NCBI RefSeq assembly: GCF_006345805.1
Contig: NC_042997.1
Span: forward strand, 167,090,001 to 167,154,000
DNA from: Octopus sinensis
Lineage: Eukaryota
DNA length: 64,000 nucleotides
Direction of reading: 5' to 3'
Positions 38,061 through 50,255 of the stretch are shown in pieces (position 1 is the stretch's first letter; each line of letters starts with the position of its first letter). The notes below the pieces were generated by a model. That model searched no databases, was not told the origin of the DNA, and saw only the letters and a program-made list of their open reading frames with translations. The position numbers and the translations under genes were made by a program.

Positions 38061-38161
38061 CAGAAGATCCCCATAAACTGGTTACAATATAAACAAAACT
38101 AAAAACATAATAAAATAAAATACACAGATAAATAAACAAATGGAAGTAAATAACTATATAC

Positions 38162-38207
<46 letters not shown>

Positions 38208-38216
38208 CATATATAC

Positions 38217-38286
<70 letters not shown>

Positions 38287-38531
38287 GTAGGTGTAAACAC
38301 ATGAACAAAATAAAAATAAACAAAAACAAAAGCAAAAACAAATTACACGAACGTATATAAACAGGAGATACAAATATTACAGGCACTTCCCCCTCACACA
38401 CACACTAACTAAATATAGACACACATACAGGTATACGCATGCGCAAATGAAGACATACAATAGGAATACAAAATACAAAATGGCTGACCGTTAGTAAGGA
38501 GAGACACACAAATAAGAAAGAAGAAAGCAAA

Positions 38532-38576
38532 GGACCACTGATGGGGTCACAGGAGTGTGATGAAAGAACTCTGGCC
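38532..38576 (+). ncRNA. Minimal type I hammerhead-like motif (A9G)
   Basis: GGACCA-CUGAUGG-G-GUCAC(AGGAGU)GUGAU-GAA-AG(AA)CU-C/UGGCC; sense to, and ~480 nt downstream of, the GIY-YIG fragment. Confidence 0.55.
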
Positions 38577-38688
38577 AAAATGAGATTAAGATGAATGTGA
38601 AAAATAAATAATGCTGAAGCAAAGTAACACCAAATATATAGTGCGTGTGTTTTTATTGGCTAAACTGGCAAAATGACCATTCCTAAAT

Positions 38689-38740
<52 letters not shown>

Positions 38741-39109
38741 TATATTATATATATATTGCTAAATAAATAAATAAATATATATATATATATATATATTATT
38801 TATTTATTTATTTATTATTATTTATTTAGCAATATATATATATATCTATATATATATATATATATATCTATATATATATATATGTGTATAGTATAAATCC
38901 TCCCTCAGTCCATCCCTTTCTTTCTCTTTCTCTTTCTCTTTCGTCTCTCTCTCGTCTCTTTTTTCTTGTAACGATGTGTCACATAATGACGAGACATGAC
39001 ATTTCAAAAATATTTCTAATAAATATGTTTGTTTCGCTCTTTTTCACTTGCGTTTGTATATATATATGTATGTATATGTATGTATGTATGTATGCATATA
39101 GGGGGTATT

Positions 39110-39134
<25 letters not shown>

Positions 39135-39145
<11 letters not shown>

Positions 39146-39541
39146 TTATTGAAGCAAGGAGACCAGATATATGATCATAGAAGACAAAATTAACAAAGAG
39201 TGTAAGATCATAGATTTTACAATTCCTTATGATAGCAGACTTGATACCAAAGAAATTGAAAATAAATTGACAAATATCAGAATGTAGCCAGAGAGAGTTG
39301 AAGAGACTGCGCAAGACCAAGACAATAATTATTCCTGAAGTAATTAGTGCACTTGGGATAACACTCAAAATGCTACCTAAAAGACTGAAATAAATTGGAA
39401 TGGAAACTTGCATTGTCAACCTGCAGAAAAAATTCCATCCTATATTCTGCCAATATACTAACGAGGATTCTTGAAATTTGAAGAAACTTGTCACCAAACA
39501 TCAAGATAAAATACCTGCTAATTAAATTAGCATGCACTATC
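39135..39541 (+). mobile_element. R4/Dong-like RLE LINE 3' end
   Basis: IEARRPDI...CKIIDFTIPYDSRLDTKEIE...KYQ...ISALG...LQK..ILYSANILTRILEI*, then (TAA)n. Confidence 0.85.
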
Positions 39542-39607
<66 letters not shown>

Positions 39608-40160
39608 TTTATGCCCGGATGCAGTACCAGGCAGTGGCTCTCATGGCTGCTGATCTTAACTGGTTGGAAATGTTATCATGTACATTGTTTTGTCTTGGTA
39701 TAAAAGATGGGCTACAGCAAATATTTTGCTCAATAACACACCTTTGCTTGTCAGTTGTTTGACCATAACCAGTTGAGCATGTCCCTTGGTGGCTGACGAT
39801 ATGTGCATCTCTGACTGCAAGCAGAAGTAGTTGGGGAGCATCATAGCCACGTGTTGAGAGGAATTCTTTGGAGTTTGAATAATTTACCTTTGGAAACATG
39901 GGTGTTTTGCTCAACATCCTTAAACAAACCTTATTCAGGGACCTTTTGAGCGGGATGGGCTACTCGACCTGAAGAAAATTCTAACTGGGCCCCACCCGCG
40001 AGGTCATGCGCTGTTTATTTTGATATGAGATCACCATGTCGCGCACATATGGTTGTGATGCATGTACCTAGTGTACCCTTATCAGACGGGTAGTCATGAA
40101 GGGTATACTGGGCTTCGTATATTTGTACCCCAGTGTCTCTTTGATGGCATGCCCAGCTCT
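39608..40160 (+). mobile_element. ~550-bp non-coding repeat bounded by (TAA)n, longest copy
   Basis: Same 5' start (atgccc.gatgcagtac) as the 19835 copy; ends ctctcttactc-aataac(aac)n like the 7330 copy. Confidence 0.85.
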
Positions 40161-40659
40161 CTTACTCAATAACAACAACAACAACAACAACAACACCAAC
40201 ATCGAAAAATACCATAGGAATGAGAATCCGGGTTCGAAATTTCCCTAAAACACCTGGAGGTGGTGGTGGTGGCGGAGGCGTAGGCAGTGGTTGTGGTGGT
40301 GGTGGCGGCGGCGGCAGAGGTGTTCAAGCCGTCAGGTTCAACAGCTAGTGGTAGTGGGAAACTAGGAAATTCTTCCTCGGTTGTTTTTAGCGCTTCGCTA
40401 GCGTTCCGCATGACTTGCGCGCTGGCATCATGGTTTCCTGCCGCCATATTCCAAGAGAGAAATGCCTAAAATGAAATGACGGAAACCTTCAAAGTTTTTG
40501 GAAAGTTCGCCCACAGAGGGGCGAAATCCTATGAAAATATTAATCAAGTTTTGAAGGGAATGTTGTTGGACAACTTTTAAACACAAAATATTCGACAATA
40601 AAAACTTTTAAACATGCAAAAATAACCAACTTACGTGGAGTCCATTTGACTGGTGTCCA

Positions 40660-40880
<221 letters not shown>

Positions 40881-40884
40881 AAGT

Positions 40885-43740
40885 TTCTTTATTGGCCACA
40901 CAGGGCTGCACAAAGATGGGACAAGTTACAAGGTAGAGCTTTTCTTTTGGGGGAGAAAAAAAAGATGGCGTAGGTTTTCGATCAAAAGTGATCGTAAAAG
41001 GGAAAAAAGAACAAAAAAAAGAAAAAAAGAAAAAACAATGAAAAAAAGGGGAAAGGACCAAAAGAAAAGAAAAATGAAAAAAGAAGACAAAAGAGGAAAA
41101 AAGGGGAAGAGGAAAACAAAACGATCAATAGAGATCGTGTATCACAGTGTCATGATGTATAGTGTAAAGGGGAAAGCAAGTAAGGTTAATCCGTGGGAAG
41201 AAAAGCCTACGAAAAAGACCACGGTAACCTTGGTCAATATTGTTATATGTTACCACATTTGTTTGCAAGTGGGTAACCCTCTGTTTTCAATTTCTGGGTT
41301 CATAGGATTATGCTCAAGGTGGCTTCGTCATTCATACGGGCCATCCTTGCTACATTCACCCATCTTTTTTTTTAAACGTTCGCTAGACAAAACTTGCCTC
41401 TCTACTCTCACTTTCCCTTTCAAGTGGTACTTGAAGAAGTTGATGAGAGGTTGACCAGAAAGGAAAGTGTTTGTCTCCAATCCTTTCAGACGCGTCCACC
41501 AGATACATTCTTTCGCCATAGCCACAAGGATGATGAAAATAGCTCTTCCTTCCCGTTTGAAGGAAGGAGGCGTGACAATATTGACGATAGACTCAGCTGA
41601 TAAACCGACATCGTCCCACATGTGACAGCAGTTGTTCGACATAAGCCCACAGGTCGGAAATTGTTAGACACTGCACGGGTGCGTGCAGAACGGTTTCGTC
41701 GCCCTGACCGCATCTCGGGCAGGTCGGCCCCGTGTTTCTCGAGCCGTGTCTGTAGAGCTTATCCCGAACGGGTAGCGCTTCTCGGTAGCACTGCCAGGCC
41801 AGGGATCTCTGGAAGTTGTCCATGGGCCCCGGCCCGAAAGTCGTCCCGAACAGGCGGGTCAGGTATTCCTCGTCGACGTCCAGGTTCGCCCCGAGCTCAT
41901 CGTCGTACCTCCCCTCCACTAATCCCATATAGAATGCTTTGGTTGTGATGGAGTCACTCAAGGTGGACCCAGGACGACAGAGTTGCTTGAGAGCAACGTG
42001 ACACTCGCGGTGCCATTCGCCCTTCCTCGGCCTCTTTTTGATCCACGATTGCAGTTCGGTCATGGAGACGAACTGCGGGAAAGTGTGCCTCGCAAACGGC
42101 GACCACACATGTTCACCGTCGTCTACGAAGAGCCTGAGATGTCGCAGTCTCAGCGCGTGTCTGCGCATCATCAACCACGGCATGCCCAGTCCTCCTTTTA
42201 ACGGGTGTTGACATCAAATGGATCGCCTGACCATCGGGACGCATCCTTTCCACAAGAAGCGAAAGAGAATGCGTTCTAGTTTGGTGATGGTAGGGTCGGG
42301 ACAAGGCACGACGGTCAGGCGGTAGTAGATGACGGACGCGATGTACGTGTTCGCCACCTCCGCCCGACCTTGTAGGGACAGTTTCCTCTCGGCCCATTGC
42401 CGGGCGAGAGTGACCACCCTACTCGTTATCTCGTTCTAGTTCTTCTTCATTTGGAGGTCCGGACCGAACCATACCCCGAGCAACTCGACCGGATCGTCTG
42501 TCCAGCGTCCCACAACGGAGGCGCTGGTAGACGGCATGGGCTTGCTTCTCCAGGTGCCTAGTCGCAAGCCCACTGACTTTTACCGGTTGATTTTTGCTTC
42601 TGTCACCGCTTCGTAGTTTTTCAGTGTCTCGCCAACCTGCTCGATGTGCTCGTGGCTAGACACTATGACGGTGACGTCGTCCGCGTATGCAGACACGCTC
42701 GTCCCGCATCCCAGTTCTCGCGGGATGCCCCTCAGAGTTGCCAGCTTCCGCAATAGTGGCTCGAGAGTCAATACGTATAGAAGCAACGAGAGGGGGCATC
42801 CCTGACGGACCGAACGTGCGATGTCGAAAGGTCTCGATAGATGTCCATTTACGCGAACTACCGAACGGATGCCTCTGTACAAAGCGACTATTCAGCCGCG
42901 GAAGACGGGACCGAAGCCAGCCGGTCTGAGGACTGCCTCCAAGTATCGATGGTCTACCCTATCGAAAGCTTTCGATTGATCCAAATTAATCAGCGCCCCA
43001 CTCATGCCAGGTTCGTTAACTACTCTGTCTATGATGTAGCACATCAGGTGGAGGTTGCCATGGATGGTCGCCTTGTCGACCAGTTTCTCGATGACAAGCG
43101 CCAACTTCTTGGCTAATACCTTGGCCAAAATTTTCAAGTCTGCATTAAGCAGAGTGATGGGCCTAAAGTTATCTATTACATTTCCCTTCTTTAGATCTTT
43201 CCTCAGCAGTGTTACGGCTCCTCATCTCACAAAACCAAGAATGCTCCCGTTTTGCTGCCAGTTGCAGTACACCGCTGCCAAGACGTCTCCAAACAAGTCT
43301 GGCATACAACTGTAAAGCTCGTAGGGTAGACCATTCAAACCCGGCGATTTGTCCCTCGAGCATTCGTGGTAGGCTGTGTAGGTAGGCACTGAAGTCCACC
43401 CTACGTTCTTGCCCGCCACTCGTCCCGAACAGTCGGGAAAAATGCTGTTGATAGGCCTCACACATTTTACTTGGCTCGATCAATTCGCGCCCCTGTTCAT
43501 CTACCACAGACCGAATGGTGGCTTTGTTGCCCTGTTGCGCCTCTGCGGCTCCAACACCTTCGTTCCTTAGAGCACGCATCCTAGCTCTGACAGCACACCC
43601 TTCGTGTTTGGCGTTGAAGTGATGGTCGAGGGCCAACCTCGCCGCCAAAATGTCGGATGCGATGCCGCTTCTAATTGCCTCTTCTAGCTTCTTAACTAGC
43701 TCACCCTCTACTCTATTTCTATCTATGGCTAGTGCTGCGT
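40885..43740 (-). mobile_element. Tx1/L1-clade LINE, 5'-truncated, ORF2 pseudogene
   Basis: KSPGLNGLPYE, NFRPITLLNADLKILAK, LDQSKAFDRVDH, VRQGCPLS, AYADDVT, GGLGMP, C-terminal CPRCGQGDETVLH..C; AATAAA before (TATC)n; several stops and frameshifts. Confidence 0.95.
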
Positions 43741-43741
43741 A

Positions 43742-43880
43742 ACTGGTACTTAATTTATCGACCCGAAAGGATGAAAGGCAAAGTAGACCTCGGCGGAATT
43801 TGAACTCAGAACGTAACGGCAGATGAAATACGGCTACGCATTTCGCCCGGCGTGCTAACGTTTCTGCCAGCTCGCCTCCC
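43742..43880 (-). mobile_element. tRNA-derived SINE at the LINE truncation point
   Basis: ggcgagctggcagaaacgttagcacgccgggcg...gagttcaaattccgccgaggtc. Confidence 0.85.
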
Positions 43881-44777
43881 TACTCCAACGCATATACTTA
43901 ATCAAACGCTCACACGCACACACATTCATGCATAAATACATACACACGCACATACATGCTGAGAGACAGACAGGCGAACAGACACACACGCACAGACACA
44001 CAGACAGACACGCAGAAGAAAGACGTACACATATCTCACTTCTCGCTTCACACTTTATTTTCATCAGTTAAATTTAGTCTAATGAATCCTCCATGATAAA
44101 TCATCTCACGATCCAACTAATAATACTATAACATGGTCATGCTTTTACCCACAAATCACCAACCTGATATCTCCATCTATTCTTCCATTTCGTTTTACTC
44201 TCTCACTTCTCGCCCTTTCTTTCTCCCTTACACCCGTCATCCCGTGAGGAAATACACAATAAAATTTAACTACTTTCGCTACTCTTGTAAAAAACAATTT
44301 TGTTTGTTGAAGGAAGCCTGGACTTGTTTTATTTTGCTATATATCTGCCAGAATGTCATTCTCTTATTCTATGGTTCTGTCATGCTTTGATATATATGAA
44401 GTACAACTTATCACACATTCCTGACATTCCATTCTTACTAAAATTTTTTTTTCTTAAAAACTCCCGATTGCGTTTTCTGACATCCATGTCCTTACAAAAA
44501 ACACATACGCACACGCAACAACGCGTGCGCACACGCACACACGTCACACACACGAACTCATACACATACAGGCACAGTGACATACGTACAGTAACATAAA
44601 CATGAACATACACAACAATATACGTACACGCATGTATGTATATACATATATACATACAGAGAGAGAGATAGCTATGTGTATGTATACATGTGTATATATT
44701 TATGAATATTATATGCATAGCTATATATTAATATACATCTCCATCTATTTATGTATATATATATATATATAAATGTT

Positions 44778-44829
<52 letters not shown>

Positions 44830-45560
44830 GAAATAGAAAGATGAATAATCTTGTTGCAGATTAATCAAAAGTTTAACCGATACCTTGGTAGCAAAAATCA
44901 CAGCAGAAGACAGCACGGTTGGAGGTACAACCATATGGTGTTGCAACCGTGCGTTGGTGCGGATAATTGAATTTTAATATTATTAGTGAATTGAAGAAAT
45001 GGAGTTGAACGAAGATTGAACAGAAATCGTTTTATTGCATTCTACACGTGTTTCGAAAGGCACAATTTAACAAATTCCGATTGAATAAGGAGACCATATT
45101 GTGTCTTTCTCTTCAGGAAAAAATAGGAAATCCGTTGGAAAAAACAAAAACAGAACAAAGGCGGAGCAAAACAAATCGAACGAGGCTCCTAAGAGCCCAT
45201 GGCCAAACTGTTTATCAATGTATGTTGAAAACTGGTGGTGGGTGCGTTGAAGGTTTTAACGGGTCAGGCAGCGGTCATTCCGGTGGGTGGGAGCACAGGG
45301 TGCTTAGATGTTCTTTGTGACCGAGACTAAAGTTCTGACTCAGGTGATTGCAGGCCCAAAAAGCATTAAATAGCTGAAGGATTAAAATTTATATTAATGA
45401 AATGACATACTGAGTATGTCTGCCTGCTGGAAATAACAGTCAAAACTTTTATTTAAACTGCCGAAAACATAACGCTGACAATGACTACAGAAATCAACCG
45501 TCTCCGAGCATACAGGTTAAGAAAATCATTCGACATACCAATATAGAATCCACCTATATA
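44830..45560 (-). mobile_element. PLE-type tail element (modules B then A) with hammerhead
   Basis: 44830-45150 is homologous to 58950-59170; 45345-45560 is homologous to 58725-58880. Confidence 0.65.
45040..45119 (-). ncRNA. Type I hammerhead ribozyme candidate with extended stem II
   Basis: UUC-CUGAAGA-GAAAGACACAA(33 nt)UUGUGCCUUUC-GAA-ACACGUGU-A/GAA: intact core, 10 of 11 bp in stem II, palindromic stem III, GUA site. Confidence 0.8.
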
Positions 45561-46103
45561 CTTTCTAGTATTTGGACTGACGTGGACCGGTTTCTGGACT
45601 CAGTATGTTCTTTGATTAATATATGTATATATATATGTATGTATGTATGCATGTATGTATGTATGTATGTATGTATGTGTGTATATATGTATGTATTTTT
45701 GTATATGCAATTAGATGTGCAAAGGTAAGAAAATACAACGCATGTTGTTTGAATAATAGCACTTACTAACATATTGACTCGGCTCAACATTACTCTAAGT
45801 TTCACTGACATGAATAATCAATATCCGGAATCAGTCATAGACACGCTCACACACACACATGCACATAGAGACACGCACGCACACACACATGCACATACAG
45901 ACACACACGCACGCAAAATGCACACACTCATGCACTCTTACACATGTATTTGTGTATGTACCCGCTGCATATTGATACACATAGGTGTCTGTGAGTGCGT
46001 TAGTATGCGTTTAAATCCTGAGGCATACGTACATGCATTCATATATGCATATATGTGTGAGTGTATGTATATGTGTATTTGTTTGTGTGTGTCTGTGTGA
46101 GTG

Positions 46104-46137
<34 letters not shown>

Positions 46138-46164
46138 CGTAATATAGCGTAAGTGTAAAGACCC

Positions 46165-46410
46165 CCTTCCATAATGAATGACCATGAGATTGCACCTAGA
46201 AAGTTCCTCTTCGAGGCACAAATTCCTTTCTCCACGCCGCAGATGTTATCCATGGCAAAGGCAAAGGCCTATACAGCTTGGCACCAGCGACGTCGCAACT
46301 CATTTCTGCAGCTGAATGAGCTAGAACAACGTGAAATGAAGTGTCTTGCTCAAGAACATAGCACACATGATTGTGAGCCCGACGCTCTAACCAATGATCC
46401 ATGCGCTTTC
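46165..46410 (-). mobile_element. SINE (family of 15433-15774)
   Basis: Reverse complement matches head and body. Confidence 0.8.
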
Positions 46411-47956
46411 ACGAGTGTGTGTGGGCGCATGGTTCAATGGTAATATACTGTATTGAAAAACTTCGGTCGGCTGCTATTTCCTTAGCAATCCGTATGCTAA
46501 ATGTTTCCTTTAAGCAAGATACACAACTCAAATGCGATCAGTTTTTTGAAATGTTTGGATAATAAAACTATCCAAACTGAAGATTTCATCTTTAAAACCA
46601 ACATTTGAGAAGAAAGAACAGTTTTTTTTGCATTATTATACGCCCTTGGTTAAGTATATTGTATTCATTTGGAAAGACTAAGATTGATCGGTATACAGCG
46701 GAAGTCTGTCGTTGTGATCACCTTAAAGTGAAACCTTTTCGATAACAATAACCGGTTGATAACAGGTTGATAACATTAAGCAAATAATAAGCTGGGATCC
46801 ACTTACGGGTTATAGCATTATCCGTGATTATAATAGGCGACCTACTTCTAAAATACTGAGAAAAATAAAAAAGAATATAGTGATGCCGATTTAAAATATC
46901 CACACTATATCATATAATCAACGGAAAATACAGTTTGGGAACAAAAACTTCCTTTATAAGAATTTGCGTGATCACCCCAGAGAAACGTTACATCTTTTTA
47001 TCTTTTAACCGATTCATTTATTGGACCGCAACCATGCTGGCCCACCGTGTGGAAGGGTCTCGTCGAACAAATCGATCCCAGAATTACTTTTAAGTTTGGC
47101 ACTTATTCTATTGGACCCTTTTACCGAACGTCTACATTACGGGTACGATAAAACGGCGGGGCAAGATAAACACAAAGCCGGACATATATATATATATATA
47201 TATATATACAGTAATACCTCACTTTACGAGACCCCGGGTTTACTAGTTTTATTATATAATATATTTTTCAAGCACAAGATCCAAATTTTAAATGTGCATA
47301 TGAGTTTCTTTGGGCTTTATCGGTAACAAGCTTCCACTGGCAACTACATGCAAAGACAAACTGCACCGTTACTGATTTTAAAAAAATAACAATTGGAAAA
47401 TCAGTCATGTTGCAATTAGCCAAGGTGCTCTGCAGTGGGAATGAACCTTAAACCAGGTGGTTGCAAAGCGAGCTTCTTAACCATACAGTCGTGCCTATGT
47501 TTGGAAAATTGAACTAACCACCCAGCTCACATTCTTGTGGCATCTCGAGGAAGTCAGTTGCCCCTCTTGTTAGTTTTTAGCAGTTTAACCCCAGGTCAAG
47601 GAGAACTATGATCAAAATCATTCCAGCCATGCACATTAGTTTTTCTCCTGGAATTGTGTAATCTGTTGTTTTTTAGTGTCTTACTAGCAAACACACACGT
47701 CCTTCGGACGGTTTAAGTTGCTTTGGTGGGGTTTTTTTTTCACCAAATAATTGAACAACCCATTTCCGATTAACCTAGGAACTTTAATGATCATAGAACA
47801 TAAATGTTTGCAAGCGATACAAAGAGCTACTGAAGTGTTTTGGGAATAGAATACGGATAATGACTGCAAAATATAGTTGTTTTTCACGAAAGCGAAATCT
47901 CTTGTTAGAAACAGCTACATAATTTGTGTAATGAAATAGAAGACGTTGAAACTTAC

Positions 47957-48108
47957 CCTCTGCGAGATTTTTTTGTTTTTTCAACAGCAAAGGGAGCTAT
48001 TTTTTCGGAGAGACAAGCTAACAAAAGCCCCTTTATTCTGTCTTCCCACATAGCCTGCGCATAAACTAACAGCGAATGCTGCATAAAGTTAAGTTGGTAT
48101 GGAGCTTT
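47957..48108 (-). CDS. Possible host-gene exon of unknown product
   Basis: tttttcag acceptor, AGG|GTAAGT donor, 152 nt, one open frame KAPYQLNFMQHSLLVYAQAMWEDRIKGLLLACLSEKIAPFAVEKTKKSRRG; no recognisable homology. Confidence 0.3.
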
Positions 48109-50029
48109 CTGAAAAATACGTATAGCTTTCACCAGTGGAAGCAAAACTCTTATTTAAAGGTTGATTCTTTGGAACAAATCATATGTGATTGTTTAAAAAA
48201 GGCTAGAACGACAATGTTAAAAGGTATTTGAAACATTGGACAAAAGTCGAAATATCTTAATGGATGGGTAAATTAGCATCCTTATAGTGAAACAACGAAC
48301 TGGCAGGTAAACAAAAGTATCAACAAATAGAAGAGATAGAAGGGAGCATCACTTTTCAATTAACTCAAAATAGGTAAAAGTAAGATTGCCAAAATTTAAT
48401 GCAGTTTAAATATGTTAAACATGTAGATTAAGATTGTTTGGTATTGGATATTCATTGCGCACAATGTTCCTAGTCAATTTAATCACTGTGGCAGGTGGAC
48501 AGTCGAAATAAATAGACAAAATCTTTTCGCTTTCGTAAAAAGATTTAAAAAGTAATTAAGACCCTACAGATTATAAAACAGCTGATTAATGTAAACAAAT
48601 AGGAATCGTCTAGTGTCAGTTTTCCATCGCTCTAGAGGCTCCATCGATCTTTAAAATCTAAGTAGCCATGTGTATAAAACTTTTAAGAAATCGGATGAAA
48701 GATGTAGAAGTTATTGAGGTACATTAAATTTTTCTACACACACACACACAAACACACACACAGACACACATAAATATATATCCCTTTGCAAGACTGTAAG
48801 GTGTTATCTGAATGAGTTTTAAGGAATATTTCCAGCAGACCGAGTAATAGAAAACAAGTTCTTTTTTTCTTTTAACTGACATACGTGACACGAACCAGTA
48901 TTCAGTTGTAGTGAGTTAGGGAGTGTAGGTTTGATAATTATTTTTATTATCCTTGTTTTAATTTTAGATAATGACTTTGATTAAATACGTAGGAGTAAAA
49001 AGAATAAATTATCGCAGCAGCAGGATATGAAATCATGATGGCAAGATGTAGACCTTGAACACAGTGCACTATGTGATCCCCCACTCCTATTTCTTCCCAA
49101 ACATTTGAATTTAGTTCCTGTTTAAAATGCATTCGCATTCACACGGACTATCACAAGCATTCTCACATTCTCTCTCTCTCTCTTCCTTTTTTCCACTTGA
49201 AATGAAGTGTTTTGCTCAAGAACACAACGCGTCGCCCGGTCCAGGAATCGAAACCATAATCTTACGATCATGATACTGACACCCTAACAACTAAGCCACG
49301 CGCCTCCACTTATTATACATATGTTCAAATGAAAGTCTAAATGCAAACAGTGGGACTCTGCACCAACTCACAGAACCTGCTAAGCAATAACGAAAGGGTA
49401 AAAATCTAAGGCTTATATATCTGTCAGCTTCTGAACCGGCCATCGGCAGTTTTCGTTCAATGATGTAAAGCAGGCAGTTCTACTTCAGAGATCAATGCTC
49501 GATTAATAGAAGGAAATTCTGAGTCATTGTTTGTATGCAGCTCATATTTGATTCTTCTACTGTTGTCATAATTTTTAACCAGATGTTTGATAAATAACTT
49601 CCTTCCTAGCGGTAGAGCGTGCTAAAAATCGGGAGAAACGTCCAATAGTGTTTCTAGCATTACAGAAATGATAATCCACTGCTGTCTTCGCTTCTAGGTA
49701 ATCTGCCTTACAAAACGATCCTTTTCGTATGCAGCTGTTTAATCGTTTAATCCTGGATATAGGATACACCCATTGCTGCAGTATTTCAAGAAACATGTCT
49801 TCAATGTTATTCGCTGATTTTTGGTATTTTGATGGCACCATTCGCGGAGAAGACATTGTCTTGTATTTTGAGGACAGTACATGATATTTCCAGAAAGTGT
49901 GACCGGCGATAAAATAACAAAAGCCAGAAATCCGATACTTATTTAAGTGTTTATTGTGCATTTCACAAATATACGCACAGATGTATGCGAGTGTATATGT
50001 ATATGTGAATATATACATATATATTTCTT

Positions 50030-50255
50030 TACTACCCACAAGGGGCTAAACATAGAGGGGACAAACAAGGACAGACGAATGGATTAAGTCGATTACATCG
50101 ACCCCAGTGCGAAACTGGTACTTAATTTATCGACCCCGAAAGGATGAAAAGCAAAGCCGACCTCGGCAGAATTTGAACTCAGGACGTAGCGGCGGACGAA
50201 ATACGGCTACGCATTTCACCGGCATGCTAACGGTTCTGCTAGTTCGCCGCCTTGT
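50030..50255 (-). mobile_element. tRNA-derived SINE (family of 43742-43880), near full length
   Basis: Near-identical to 43742-43880 with 3' extension; a more decayed copy lies at 50950-51095. Confidence 0.85.
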
